Source: Octopus vulgaris (Eukaryota). From it: a stretch of 64,000 bases of DNA. This document shows, piece after piece, positions 13,480-27,565 of the stretch. The position numbers were made by a program, and so were the translations under genes. Location of the stretch: positions 30,318,001-30,382,000 of the forward strand of contig OX597829.1 in the NCBI GenBank assembly GCA_951406725.2. Reading direction: 5' to 3'. The notes beneath the pieces were generated by a model, which was not told the origin of the DNA, did no database searches, and worked only from the letters and a program-made list of their open reading frames with translations. Position 1 is the first letter of the stretch; each line of letters opens with the position of its first letter.

Positions 13480-15250
13480 TGTGCATGCCAGTTTTAGTTT
13501 GAAGTTTGGTGACATGTTTCCTCAAATCTTAGGTTGAATTCACTCCTACTCTTTGAGTCCCTTTTTGGGTGTCTCTGGCTGCCGATAGTATTCTTTCTTT
13601 ACTCTGCACAACATAATTTTTCAGACTCAGTATCACAGTATTTCTGTGTTCAATTATTCTCAGCCAGCTTCTGTTCTTGTTAGGTAGAGTCTCTTGGTAT
13701 TGCTTTTAGGGTGGAATACATTATGCATTGTGAGCAGCTTTCTAGTTCTTCTATCCAAGTTTTGTTGCTCTACTTTTGCCCATTTCAGAATGGGAGCACA
13801 GTATCTCAATATGTGCACAGTCCATGTATTTATGGCTTTAACGATGTTCTCACCATTTAATTTTGTTTTGAGTACTGTTTTAATTCTCCTCTTGTACTCT
13901 TTTGTGACTTTCTCTCATTTTCCCTTTCATTATCCTATTGGCTTGCACTCCTAGATATTTGTAACCCTCGTTACTCCACAGTGATCTTATGGTGTTGTCT
14001 TGTGATAATTTTATGCCATCAAAGTTTATCTTCAGGCCTCTCTTCATAATGAGTACTGTGCATTTATTTACCCCAAATTGCATTCCAATTCAAACTCTCA
14101 CTGTTTGAATGAAAGAATCTAGGTCTGTCCCTTTTTTTTTGCATACAGCTTGAGGTTGTCCTCATAAAGTAGGTGATTTATTCTCATCTTGTATACTGGA
14201 TTTTCTCAGTATATTTGTTGGGGATTAGCGCAATGACAAAAAGTAATGGGGAGAGTGAGTCTTCTTGGAAAATGCCCCTGCGTAGTTTCATGTTGCCTAG
14301 CAATTCATTTACATATGTCAATTCTACCTCTCACATTCTCATTGCTTTCTCATTGACTCCGAGCATCCTCAGACACTCCAACAGCCAGCTCTTTGAGATG
14401 TTGTAAGCCTTCCTGTAATCTATCCATCTAACATCTAAATTCTTCCTTACATGTGCCTCATTTAATACTTTATCTGTATATAACAGATCAGCAGTTTCTC
14501 TTGATTTCTTCCTACATCATTTTTGTTCTTCTGGTAGTAAATTCTCCTTTTCCAGAAAATTATATACGTTATCTGCTATGAGACAGTCCTTTGTGTCTTA
14601 TATTGTAGTTCTTTTGCAGTTTGTTCCTGTGTCCTTCCCTCACCGTTTCCTTCTCTGTTTGTATGTAACTGTGAAAAGTCTTTCTTGAGCTGTTCAATTT
14701 GGTTCTCAAGCCTTCATTCCTACCATGTGGCTTTGTCCTTTGTTTTTCTTTCATTTTTCACCCCCAAGAGTTGCACAGCAACAGAGGCTGCACAGTATTT
14801 GGATGTGTTTGTTTCTGATGTAGATTTTCATTAATGATTCATCCTTCTTTCCCTCTTTCAATTCTTCTCAGAGCTGCTAGCCTCTTTCTTTTGCTATTTC
14901 GTGCCTCATTCAGGTGTAAGTAGTTAGTTTCTGTTTTCCTCTAACAGTCTTTCCCTCCACAAAGTAGACTTCACCATCATCCGAGCAACTGTTTCTTTTG
15001 TAGGTAGTCATTGGTCCCTCTGCTAATCCCTGTTGTTCTGCTTTTTGCTCTTCATGTTCAGTGTAGTCACTTTCACACTCTTTCACTATTGTGGATATAT
15101 TCAGTTCCAACTGGGATAACCACTATCTTTTTCACAAATTTTTTTGGTCTAGAAGTCTTTGCTCTGTGATAGGGAGCATGTCTATTTCTGTCCATGTTTT
15201 ATACATCCTGTTCTTGTATACTATTTTGGTAGGTTCACTTCTGTAATAGC
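13480..15250 (-). mobile_element. R4/Dong-like non-LTR retrotransposon, decayed RT
   Basis: Minus-strand fragments GIFQEDSLSPLLFVIALIP, NHLLYEDNLKLY, MQFGVNKCTVL...EGYKYLGV, KAINTW and HPKS..RLYL.R..G, with stops and frameshifts. Confidence 0.75.
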
Positions 15251-15254
15251 TTTC

Positions 15255-16740
15255 CATTACAGTTCTATTGTTGATACTTGCTGAATAACCTGATTAACTA
15301 TACTGGTGATTAGACCATATCCTACACCGCCAGGTAGGTTAACCATCTCAGCGGTAAGTCTGATGGACCAGGGGGCTTTCCCTGTCTTCTTATCCTGAAT
15401 TGCCATATCCATCATACTGCTATCAACATGAATAGTTGGTCCCTCTGTTGGATTCACATACGTGAGATTCCATTTCTATTCATTTTTCACATTTAATAGC
15501 CTTTCATAGTAGTACTTCCATGCCTCTTTTTGGAATCACTGAGTACAAGCATACCATTATCCATTTGTACACACTTTCCTTCCATAACATCTCGATTCTC
15601 TCTGACACACTGTCTAGTGTCCGGAACATCTCAAGTCTCTGATCTTCATGCTGTAAGACATTGGCAAACCTTTTCCTTTCTGCTTCTGCCCTTGCTTGAT
15701 AAATTTGTTACCTAACTTCCCTCTTGACTATCTGATACAGCTTTTTACTGATTCCATTTCTCCAATCTTTCCAAGCCTATCTCTTCACTTGTATGGCCCA
15801 GTTGACCTCACTGTTCCATCACCAAGTCTATCTTTGAGTGGCAGAAACCTTGCCCCAGCCACAACTTATGCCTGCAGTCTTCAGAAGGATGTTTCATTAG
15901 AACTTCCAGTTGTCCTCTACATCATATGGTTGCAGCTTTTTTCTCTTTCTCATCGAATGTTTTAATCAGAATGTCTCCAAACCTCTGATTGATGGATCCT
16001 GGAGTTTCTTTCACTTTCTTTCCTAAACTGGTTTGTGCTTCTGTGTCCATCTAACCCTAAGTCTGAAGTTGCTAACCACTAACTTATGTTGAGTTGTACA
16101 TTCCTCACTGGGAAAGGACTTTGCATTTATAAGCATCTATCTATTCCTGTTCTGGTGAAAATATAGTCAATCTGGTTTGAGTGCCAATCAGACTTGATAA
16201 GTGATTAAATGGCTGGTTGGTTTTCTGAAGTTAGTGTTTTATTTCAGCAAGTCGTTTGTGTCACAGATGTCTAGCAGCCTTGATTCTTCCTCATTTCTAG
16301 TGCCAAAGCCAAAACCTCCATGCACATCATAAAATCCATTGATGTGTTGTCCAATATGACCATTGAAATTGCCGGCTATGATAATAAGGTTATTATCCTT
16401 TGTTGTTGAGGTAGTCTGGAGAAAAAACTCATAGCAACAGTCCTTGTGTCCATCCAGCATGTGGAGTATATGCAGAGATAAATGTTACTGTTACTTTATA
16501 CAAGACTATTCCTAACTTGATAATCCCGTCACATATCCTGACTACCCCAATCGCTTTTTCTGCTCCTCTACCAAAAGTATACCTACATGGCTCACTCCAT
16601 CACTATTCTCTCTCCAGAATAATTTAAATCTATACTCCTTCTCCACAAGCAGTCTAGCTTAGGTTCTCTACATGCAACAGACATCCATATTTCTTCACTC
16701 AAGAATTTCAACAGTCTCACCAGACCAACCTTTCATAAGT
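15255..16740 (-). mobile_element. RTE-clade LINE 5' part (AP endonuclease and linker)
   Basis: IIAGNFNGHIG...HGGFGFGTRNEEESRLLDIC (APE), QIDYI, KTGKAP..TAEM. Confidence 0.8.
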
Positions 16741-18069
16741 TCTAAGTTTGTTCTAAGTTTGTGAATTTCAGAAGAGTTTGAGAGAATGTAAGGAAATGTG
16801 TTTGACATCTGTGTAGAAGGGTACTTTTTGGGTACATGCTTGGAGGCAGTGGGTCCTTGCACATGTCAATGAGATCAGATATAGATAAATATGCACATGC
16901 CACTCAATGTTTAGACTCTCTCCATCCCCACAGTCATCAGGGGCAAACTCCAACAAAAATTAAGGGGGTGATGGGGCAGGTGTGCAGTCATAAGGTATCA
17001 GTCAACTTCTGAGGATACTCACATACATATATGCAATACATATACATGTGCTTAGGCATAAAGCATGTGTACATATATGTAAACTAACATGGGTGCCTAA
17101 AATGTAAAACTTTATGTATTATGTAGGCATCTGCATAAACCCATTGACATGCACTTTACATTAACGAAGGGCCATAGAAATCAATCATAGAAACCATGCC
17201 AAATCAGGCTGGAGTCTGGTGCAGCTCTCCAGCTTGTCAGCTCTGGTCGAACCGTCCAACCCATGACAGCATGGACAACAGATATTAATGATGATGATGA
17301 CATGCATGTGCGTATCTAACTTTAATAAGGGCGAGGAGGAATAAAGGGAAATAGTTTTAGTGGCTGCTCATTTAGTTTTTGCTTAAATAGGCCCCTGAAC
17401 ACATCGATTCATCTAGCGGAGAATTCAAGAATCTATTTATCCAAACAGGAATTAAAGCAAACTTCATTACCACCACTACCACCATCACTACTACTACTAC
17501 TACCACCATGATGGCTAATGATATTAATGTTCATTGGCATGACATCTGGAGAAACTACGGCAAAGTGCCTTGGATGGTGAAAGAAATAAATGTAATCAGA
17601 ATATGTATTCACGAATATTCTAGCAATGAAAATAAAAGCTATGATAATATAGGAAAATGTGAATCATTGCGATTTTCTATTTATGAAGTTGGGGGATCAG
17701 TGGGAGAAAGTGAAATGATTGGATAGTAAGTTACACTTTATCTACAAGAGGAAGAGAAATTTGTAGAACATTGAGATTTAGGTAAAAAAAAAAAAAATTC
17801 TTAGCTTGCATCATGGATGACTGTAGGAAGTAGTTTTTGCATGACAGGAAAAGCTTGAATACATCATATCATGTCTGGTAAGTTCACTGTCACCAATTCA
17901 TCATAAGGAATGTTCACTGTGTGGAAAGTTTACTGAGATAAGTTCACAGTAAAAGAATAAAATTAAAAAAAAAAACTTTCATCGCAGTGAACTCTCCTGC
18001 CATGAATTGATAGCAGTGAACTCTGCAATGAAATGATGGCGGTGACTTATCTGTAATCACATCATATAT

Positions 18070-18520
18070 ATCATCATCATCGTTTAATGTCCGCTTTCCA
18101 TGCTAGCATGGGTTGGACGGTTCAACTGGGTTCTGGCAAGCTCGAAGGCTGCACCAGGCCAGTCAGATCTGGCAGTGTTTCTACAGCTGGATGCCCTTCC
18201 TAATGCCAACCACTCCGAGAGTGTAGTGGGTGATTTTATGTGCCACCGACACAGGTGCCAGACGAGGCTGGCAAACGGCCACGCTCGGATGGTGATTTTA
18301 TGTGCCACCGACACAGGTGCCAGACGAGGCTGGCAGACGGCCACGCTCGGATGGTGTTTTTATGTGCCACCGACACAGGTGCCAGACGAGGCTGGCAGAC
18401 GGCCACACTCGGATGATGTTTTTTATGTGCCACCGACACAGGTGCCAGGCGAGGCTGGCAGACGGCCACGCTCGGATGGTGTTTTCTTATGTGCCACCGA
18501 CACAGGTGCCAGACGAGGCA
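18070..18520 (-). repeat. SINE 3' end with an internal ~61-63 bp minisatellite (about 5 units)
   Basis: Unit tttatgtgccaccgacacaggtgccagacgaggctggcagacggccacgctcggatggtg, next to the (cat)n RTE-type tail. Confidence 0.85.
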
Positions 18521-19499
18521 TATATATATATACATACTGACACACACACACACTATAGTGGTTAGTGAGGAAGTTACTGCTTGTTCTGTACAGTTCTAGG
18601 TTCAGTATTTAAGAATAGTCTCGGATTCTGAGCCTGTATTTTTCATTCTAGTTCACTTTTTTTCCAGGCAGCATTTATTGTCTTGATTATGTTTCCCTTT
18701 ATTACAGAAAAAATATTATTGTAAATATTTCTTAAATGCAGATTTTGTTCAAATTTAAAATTGTGTTTGCACCTAAAAATAACAAGGGATTAGTAGCAGT
18801 AATATCTGTTACAAATAGATATATTTTTAAACAGTTCACTTTTTTTTTTTTTGTCACTTAATCACACACCACTTTCTTTTAGCTAATATTTTTTGACCAA
18901 GTTTTCACCTCATTCATGTCATAGAGCTTTTTCATTTGAACACAGCTATTGTATAGTTTGCATTTACAATAGCTGAGGTATTTTGATTTTGGTTCATACA
19001 AGATTATGATCCCTGTCAAATTCTGCACCACTTAAATCCTGGACAATTCTCACATCATTTAAATCTTAAAAGATATTTATATTATGTCATATTTTAATAA
19101 CTGACTATTTCCAAGTTTTTTTTTGTGAATCTTTTCATTTTCAAAGAACTTGGTACTCAAATTCAATTCCGTTTGACTATTTCATCCCATGATTACCTAA
19201 AATATTTCAAAATTTTCACCAGCTCATTTATTGAAGTCCTCAATAATTATAACTTTATCTTCAATTAGAATTTTCTGAATAATGCTTTTTAATTACATGC
19301 AAAACATTTTCCTTTATCAAAATTATTCATTGCTGATACATAGTCACTGAACAACCACAGAATATACAAACAAATACTGTGTGTGCATGCTTGCACATGT
19401 TGCAAAGTTAAAGAAAGTTCTATCAAATAATTAACTTAATTCATTAGAGGTTAGTATTAAAAGGAATGTCTTCAAGAGTTAGAAAAATAGTTTACCATA

Positions 19500-20100
19500 T
19501 TTTGAGTATTGTAAGTCACAGATTCCAAAACCATGGACTGGCTAAGCAATTAATATGCAAAACTTATTGCTAGAAAGTATAATTTTAATGGCCCAAATAT
19601 AAAACTGAAGTAAATAATTCAGAAGGAAATCAAGAGCATGAAAAATAAGTGGTGGACTGAACATGCCTGTTATCTTGGAAGAGCATACAACTATAGTTCT
19701 TGCTAGTTTATGTAACCATTATAACCAAAGATGGCAAAACACTAAAGACTCAAGTAAGATTCTTCATCAGTGGCAAGAATATTTTAGAGACCTGCTAAAT
19801 TTCTCATCAAACACCAGTTTATTTTTAGAACACATTTCCACCAAATTCCAATAAAACACTTTATCTACCTATTTTCAATAAAGCAAGAAGTGTGTTGCAC
19901 AAATTTTAAAAAATGGAAAAACTGACAGATATTCTAACATAAATGCTCATATTAGAGGCGACAAATGTTGTATCTTCTGTATAATCTCATATAAAATATG
20001 TGGAGAAATGTTATAATTCCTCAAGATTGGAGAGATATGTATTTAAGTGATGCAATCGAGTTTTCCAATTAACTGAAATTTTCTTCATTGTAGGAAAAAT
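19500..20100 (+). mobile_element. Old LINE fragment (RTE/BovB-like linker)
   Basis: KILHQWQEYFRDLLN and a downstream IWR..IIPQDWRD-like motif. Confidence 0.5.
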
Positions 20101-20369
20101 AAAATGCAATAATAAAAACTAGCATTGTTCAATGAAACAGGGGAGGCAATTAGAATTTCTGAATTAACTTAAGGGAAAATATAAGCTTTGTCTGTTTGTA
20201 AAAGAATTATAGATATATTTTCAGTTTTGCGAACTGTATGTCTGTGAAATAAATTCTGCTCTAATAACTTAAAAATAATAATTCCAAGTTATCTCGAGTT
20301 ATCAAGACAAAAATATTCTCTTAATTTTGAATCTTCCTTTTCATTGAAAATGATGTGTTTAACTTTCAG

Positions 20370-20442
20370 AGAAAAAGAGCGAAATAAACAGAGAGATGAT
20401 GCTTGGAACACATTGCAAAATTTAGCCATGACAAATCCTAAG
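20370..20442 (+). CDS. PPP2R5D: B56 exon H
   Basis: cag|...aag|gtaaat, 73 nt; EKERNKQRDDAWNTLQNLAMTNPK, matching the B56 gamma/delta post-core helix; restores phase 0. Confidence 0.93.
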
Positions 20443-20608
20443 GTAAATTTTTAAACTTCATTAGGTGGTGTACATAGTTTATATATGAAAGTTTTATCAA
20501 AGTCAAGTGACAAAGGATTGACTACTTACCCAGGAGACATTTTATATTCTATGCAGAACTTACTTCAGCTATTTGTGTGGTATAAAGTTATTTGGTAATG
20601 TTTCTTAA

Positions 20609-20829
20609 CCCTTTTGTTACCATATTTATTTTGAGAAGCTCTGTGTTTATTTTAATTAATTTTAAATATAACAAAGAATTTAGCAAAATAACTTGGTTAT
20701 CATTAAGCTAGTGTTAGGAACATAAATTGTGACTAAGGTTGGTGGAAGATTTTAATTCAGAACTTTTGAAAACAAGACATTTGTACTACAGAGCCAGAGG
20801 CAGTTTCAGCCAGGTTGTTATCAAAAGGG
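20609..20829. mobile_element. piggyBac-derived MITE (221 bp)
   Basis: TTAA|cccttttgttac ... tatcaaaaggg|TTAA; termini match the piggyBac at 38682-40558. A more decayed copy lies near 31890-32092. Confidence 0.85.
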
Positions 20830-21359
20830 TTAAAATAGTTATGTCTTCATCCAGAGATGAATTCCACCTGCTTGAAATCATAAAATGGGGCAAGCTCTCA
20901 GAACTGCTGGAGGACTTTTTTTGTTTTGTAAAGTTTGTTATTTTCAAAATTTGAGAGTTGTTTATTCTGCTAGCATTGAAATATTTCTGTTTAAAATACA
21001 TCGTATATTTAGAATAGTAATGTGAAAATAACATATATGTTTTATATGTAAAATAATAATCATTGTACATAATGTGAAGCTTGTCATATATTTGTGTGTG
21101 TATTTTTTTTGTCTCCATTTGTCTTAGTATTAATACTGTTTTAGTAGCTGTTGTTGTTTTCCTCCCATAAACATATCTAAAAGTTGTTCAATATGCAAAA
21201 AAAAAAAAAAAAGTATAAAGTACTTTAATCGAATGGGTTGGCATTAAGAAAGGCATCTTAACCACAGAATACTGTCTCAAGTTTTGTCCAAACCATGCCA
21301 TTTTGATAAAAAGCTGTTGTAAAATTGATGATTGTGTGTGTGCACAAGTAGGGATAATA

Positions 21360-21560
21360 TTGGTTTCAAATTTTGGCACAAGGCCAGCAATTCCAAGGGT
21401 AGGGGTAAGCCAATTACATCAAATACAAGTGCTCAACTAGTACTTACTTTATTGACCTCTGAAAGGTGAAGTTGACCGTGGCAGAATTTGAACTCAGAAT
21501 GTAAACACAGGTGAAATTCCACTAAGCATTTTGCCTGGCATGCTAATGATTCTGCCAGCC
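21360..21560 (-). mobile_element. SINE, same family as 10308
   Basis: Reverse complement of the ggctggcagaatcattagcatgcc...gagttcaaattctgcc head. Confidence 0.75.
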
Positions 21561-23322
21561 TCAATATGTAGGGATAATAATATCCGGTTTATTGATCTAG
21601 ATACGTTTTTAATAAATGCAGTACTAAACAAAGCAATATTATATGTGGGTGGGGGTTGTTATAACAGTGACACAAACATGATAGGCTATTTTTTAGTAAC
21701 ACAAATGTAAATGATGAGTAAAAACGAAAAGATTATTATAAATTACTGAAACTAATTTAATATTACATCTCCAAATACTTGATTTTAGAAAGCTTCACAT
21801 AATTTGATGTTGACATTATGTCCTGAAGTTATGATAAAATTAAAGAATTTGAGATTTGATGTTGTTTCAAAATTATGAAACAGATTGTAAAACACATTAG
21901 CCTTCTTACCAAATTGAAAAACAAAAATAGAAAGAAGGATCTCTATCTGGGATGAGGGTCAAGGGGCTTGGTGTGAATGCTTACAGTAGAGGAAATTCTG
22001 CTAAAGGCACCCAAAGTGTTGGGTGGTGGTACACACAGACTCACACTATTTTTAGAAGGAAAATGCCAACAGATTTTGAAGTTGCTTGGAAAGTGTATGC
22101 TCTAATGCTTATCACTAGGGCATGCATTTTCTCACACACATACACACACACACATATGTATTGCTCAGGCCTGTCTGTGTGGTTACGATGTTTGCTTCCT
22201 AACCATGTGGTGTCAGGTTCAGTTTTGCTGTATGGCATCTTGGGTAAGTCTGTTCCAGGCTAAACAAAGACTTGTGAATGGATTTGGCGTATAGGAACTG
22301 GAAGAAGCCCATATGTAATGAAGTAGTGTTTATTAATTTGATGGGTGTGTTTTTTAATTACATTTTCTTTAGTGTTTGAACTGCTTATGTTAGATTAAAA
22401 CATTTATGTTGACTTGATTGAGAAATTAGAAAAAGACTTGTAATAGGTGTTTGAAAGCTTAACATTTAGTTGTTGACTGGTATGGCAAGAAAAGTTTTAT
22501 GTGTATTGCGTTATAAGATATAAGTTGAGTTGTCTCCCTTCGCCAATGAGAAGCTATTTACAGAAATTTTTTAAATGCAAAATATATCTTTTCCTCAATA
22601 ATTAAATTTATTTTGTGGCTTATAAATATATTTCAACATTAACTGTTTTTCAAGTCTTATGACATTCTTGTGTTTCAAGAACCTTTAGTTCTATTAGGTA
22701 AAGAAATATAAGTAATACAGCATTACCAATGGGTTTTTGTATTTTTAGGAATACGACAGGAGGCTATTCTAATCTGAATATTCATATATGAACCATGTAA
22801 AAAATCTGATTTTGAGAGTATGAAGTTCCTGATGCTGGTTGAGAGAAATTTTAAATGGATGAGTCACCTGTTGCTCTTTTTTCTATTCTTCACTCTATTG
22901 GACAGTTCAGTGTTAAGAAAACAAACTTAGTATAGTGTGTAAGCTGGTTCGTATTAAAAAAAAGTGACCAACAAGCCACGGAAATCATGTCAATATGGAA
23001 ATGGATGAATGGTCTCTCAACCATATCTAGGTCTTGATGAGAACTGAACTGAACCATGATAATTTGTCCACTTTGGATATGGTGATGATGATGGTGTCTG
23101 TGATGATATGTTATAATTTGGGAGTCACACTGTCAATTAACATGTACACTACACAATCGACTAGTGCATTAAATGCTTGTACACATGCACACTCATATTG
23201 TTAGTTTGAGAGCCAGACTTGATGTAACTGAAGTTACAGGCATATTTAATGGAAAAGAAATCAGTATTTAATAATGTGCATTCAGTTCTTTATAAAGTTA
23301 ATGATTATGTTGAATATAAATG

Positions 23323-23353
<31 letters not shown>

Positions 23354-23828
23354 ACATGCATACATATATGTATGTCTAATAATTTTGTTTGCTTTTTCTA
23401 TGTTGGCATTGGTTGCACAAGGATAATGAAGCAGTGTATAGGTCTAAAATTGTTCCTCTGTATATCATACCTGCACACATCTATATCTAAATTTCTATGT
23501 ACATGTGTATATACATCTCCATACCAGTTTGTGTCTCTTTGTCTGTATATGTGTATGCATGTTTGTCTATTCATGTGTGTGTGCATGTCCTTTTGTGTTT
23601 CTGTATGTGCACACATTTAAACATAGAAATAGACATATTGTCATTTTAACATAAATGTACACATGCAACATAATAAACAATATATACACACGTGCGTGAG
23701 TATGTAGGTATGTGTTTCTATTGTCTACTAAGCTTACAAATTTTTGGTATATTTACATTCAGTTTGAAAGTTAATATTACCTATGTTAAACAAATTCTGG
23801 GCAATGGAATTTTGTTATATTTTCTTAG

Positions 23829-23969
23829 TTTGGAAAAGTACTGCATAAATCTTCATCTGACAGTGTATCGAATCCTGAAAATAATGGTCACAGTAACCCT
23901 AATTGTGTATCAGAAGAAGAAGGAGATGTGGTAGCCAGTTTAGACAAATTAGAATCAGAAGTTCATGCG
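23829..23969 (+). CDS. PPP2R5D: B56 exon I (variable C-terminal linker)
   Basis: Strong acceptor ttttcttag and donor gcg|gtaagt; 141 nt, phase 0-0, open: FGKVLHKSSSDSVSNPENNGHSNPNCVSEEEGDVVASLDKLESEVHA. The sequence is poorly conserved, so the call rests on splice signals and frame. Confidence 0.82.
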
Positions 23970-24707
23970 GTAAGTACACTAATCCAGCATCTTTGTTTTA
24001 ATTTATTTTTTATAGCAGTATTTTTTGTTGAAATGAGTAGAAATTGCTTGAAAATTATGAAATGTCAGAAGGAAAGTTATGTTTCTTATTTAGATAAAAT
24101 TTGGAAAAACTTTCAGTTTAGTTTGTTTTTTAAAATTATTTTTATTTTTAGGTTTTTCTTTTTGGTTATACGAGAACATTTAAAAATTTAGATTATTGCT
24201 TCATGTATTCAAAAATATTTAATACTGAAAATTTTAAATTTGGAATTTACAGATAAGAGAAACAGGTGTAATATAAAATTTAGTTTCATTTAGCATTTTG
24301 CATGGTGTTTGGTAAGAAAATATAGTTTTGGTAATGAGATATAGTTTATTTTAATGGTTAGTTTGATATTTTAAGCTATTTTCAATAGTTTGGAATTTTC
24401 CAAGCAGCACTAGTTATACACCTCATTAATTCAATAAGTACTTGACCTGAAAGATAAATAAGTGAATAAATATACACATAGGTGCAGGTATGACTGTGTG
24501 ATAAATTTTGCTTCTCAGCCACATTGTTCCCGGTTTAGTCCCACTGCGTGGCACTTGGTCTGGTGACTTCTACTGCACCCCTGGCCCAACCGAAGCGTTG
24601 TGAGTGGATTTGGTAGTGAAACTTAAAAGATGCTTATTGTGTGTGTGTATATATATAATATATATATATATGTATATATAATATATATATATATATATAT
24701 ACACATA

Positions 24708-26321
24708 CAGTTGGACCATTTAATTTAAGAACGCTAGTATACTAGTGTTAATATGGCATTTTTATATATTCAAGTTGTAAATTGTGAATTAAAATATATG
24801 TCAAAATAAAGATAATTTCATGAGCTTTAATATGGTATACAACTTTACAGCATAACATTAACATATTAATTTTAGATTAAAAATAAACTTCATTTTGCAT
24901 ATTTTACATCGCCACTTAAGAATGATTTGCAAAATTTCGGTTTTTTGCCTTATTGACTAATATAAAGGTAGGCTAATTTGCATGCTGTTACAATTTTTAA
25001 GTTATTTAATAGTTGTGCTGGGTAAGAGACAAAACGTAACACCAGAAATCAGAGCAAGCGTTTTTCAGCTTAGTAGGCTGAAATGGTCATATAAAACTAT
25101 TTCAAATAAATTTGGACCCTCTAAAACAGTTGTCTACAATGCTGTCCATCTTTATAAAGAAAGTAATGATTATAAAGACTGCTCTTTCTGGGCAGCCAAG
25201 AAAAACGACAGCAAGAATGGATAGATACATTCACAGACTGTCCCTAAAAAAAAAAAAGAAAAGGAAAATGACCGCTGTTGACATTTAAAAAGAAATTCAA
25301 CAAAAATATGGACTTACTATTGGAGTATCCACCATAAAAAACCGTCTCAAAGAATTTGGACTTCTTGGAAGAGTCTCTCGCAAAAAGCCATACATTTCTT
25401 TGAAAGACCGACGTGCCCGAATACAGTTCGCAAAAGAGCACTTGTATTGGAGTCCAGCAGATTGGTCGAATGTATTGTAGTTGGACAAGTCAAAGTTCAA
25501 CTTGTTCAGCAGTGATGGCAAGAAGTATGTAAGAATGCATATGGCAAAGAATATAATCCAAAATGCATCCAGCCTACATCTAAGCATGGTGATGGAAGCG
25601 TGATGGTGTGGGGGGGTGCATGTCTGAAAAAGGCGTCGGTCCTATAATCTGAATCAATAGCATTATGTATAGTCCTATCTAGAAGTATTGGATAAGACTA
25701 TGCTTTCATAAGCCCGAAAGCATTTGGGCCAATCTTGGACCTTCCAGCATGACAGCCACCCGAAACACACTTTGCACCTAGTCAGAAATTATATTAGGTC
25801 TAAGAGAGTTTGGTTGATGCAGTGGCCAGCACAGTCACCTGACCTAAATCCCATCAAATATCTTTGGGAAAGTTTGGGTAGAGCTGTGCAAAATAGTAAG
25901 CCAAAGAATAAGGATGATCTTTTTAAACATTATTAACCAAAATTGGGAAAAAATCTCAGGAACAGTGATAAATGATCTGAACAATTTTATGTTTTGCAGA
26001 TGCAAAACTGTATTGAGTAATTTTAGATAACCAACCAAATACTGATTGTGTGAGCCTATTGTTATTTTGTTGATCTCAGAATAAAAAAAAAGAAATTTTA
26101 CAAAATGTTCAAATGGCGCTATAAATTTCAATAATTAAGATTTATTTTTAATTTAAAATTAATACGTTGATGTCAAACTGTGAAGTTGTATACCATATTA
26201 AAGCCCGTGAAAGTTTCTTTATTTTGTTATACATCTTAATTCACAATTTACAACTTGAATATATATAAAATGCCATTTTAACATTAGTATACTAGTGTTC
26301 TTAAATTAAATGGCGCCCCTG
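24708..26321 (+). mobile_element. Full-length (1614 bp) inactive Tc1-family DD34E transposon
   Basis: TA|CAG...CTG|TA with ~180 bp imperfect TIRs. The broken transposase runs from ~25015 to 26045: HTH, GQPRKTT, WSNVL*LDKSKFNL, FQHDSHPKH, WPAQSPDLNPIKYLW (catalytic E changed to K), with frameshifts. Confidence 0.93.
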
Positions 26322-26339
26322 TATGTATATATATATAAT

Positions 26340-27190
26340 GTAATCATTTAATGTCTGTTTTCCATGCTGGTATGGGTTGGACTGTTTAACAGGAGCTGTT
26401 CAGGCTCCCTATCTGTTTTGACATGATTTATGATTTCTACAGCTGGACACCCTTCCTAATGGCAGCCACTTTATAGAGTGTACTGGGTACTTTTATACAC
26501 AATACCAGCATGGGTGCTTTTTACATGGCACCAGCACCTACAAGCTCATGAGATTAGGGATACTCAGCTGGAGAGGGTTGCAGTGGGTGAGCCTGTATGC
26601 AAGGGCAACCATGCTTTTACTTAGCTTGATGTGTTTTTCATGCACAGCAAACTGTCAGGAGTCTTGGTCCCCCGTCATCCCCTCTGTTAGTCCCAATGTC
26701 TGTAGATCCTACATATATATATCATCATCATATGTCTGTCTTCTATGCATGCATGGGTAGGATAGGTGACAGAAGCCGGCCAGGTAGAAGACTACCCCAG
26801 GTTAATGTTTCTGTTTTGGCAGCGTTTTTATAGCTGGATGCTCTTCCTAACACCAACCATTCTGCAAAATGGACTTGGTGCTTTTTACATGGCAGTAGCA
26901 CAGGCAAGGTTAGTTTTGGCATGATTTTTATGGCTGGATACCCTTCCAAATGCCAACCACTTTACAGTGTGGACTGGATGCTTTTTACATGGCATCATGT
27001 ATGTGTATCTTTTGTGTTTGTCCCTCACCACCACTTGACAACCTGTATTGGTGTGTTTACATGCCTGTAAGTTAGTGCTCCTGGAAAAGAGACTAATAGA
27101 AATAGTTACCAAGCTTAAAAATAAGTACTGGAGTTGATTTCGTTTTTCTTGTTTCAGCTCAGAGCTGCAGCCATGCTGATGCACCGTAAT
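26340..27190. repeat. Cluster of SINE 3' fragments
   Basis: Repeated ggctggatgcccttcctaacgccaaccac-type blocks and (cat)n tails. Confidence 0.7.
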
Positions 27191-27512
27191 AGAATTAGAA
27201 ATAGTCCTTAGTACAGTATTATATATTTTTATTCATAGCTGTGGTCTAGTAAGAACAGTGGTCCAGTGAAAAAAGTAAAAGATAGGCATTATTTCTTTAT
27301 ATAATCACATTCCTGATGGCATATCACAAGACCAAAGAGATAAAATTGAATTAATATTATATCCCACTAGGGAAATAATTGGACAACAGTTTGCTGTCCT
27401 TTTCTCTAAAAGTATTACTGAAGAATCCTTAATAAATTCTTGGATTTATTGTAGTTGATTAGGTTTTCTCCATTTTCTTCTACTTTTGACTTCATTACTC
27501 CAATATTTTACA

Positions 27513-27565
27513 ATTGTAAATAGTGAGGAATTGTAAATAGTGAGGAATTGTAAATAGTGAGGAAT
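27513..27565. repeat. 17-bp tandem repeat, 3 copies
   Basis: ttgtaaatagtgaggaa repeated three times. Confidence 0.9.
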
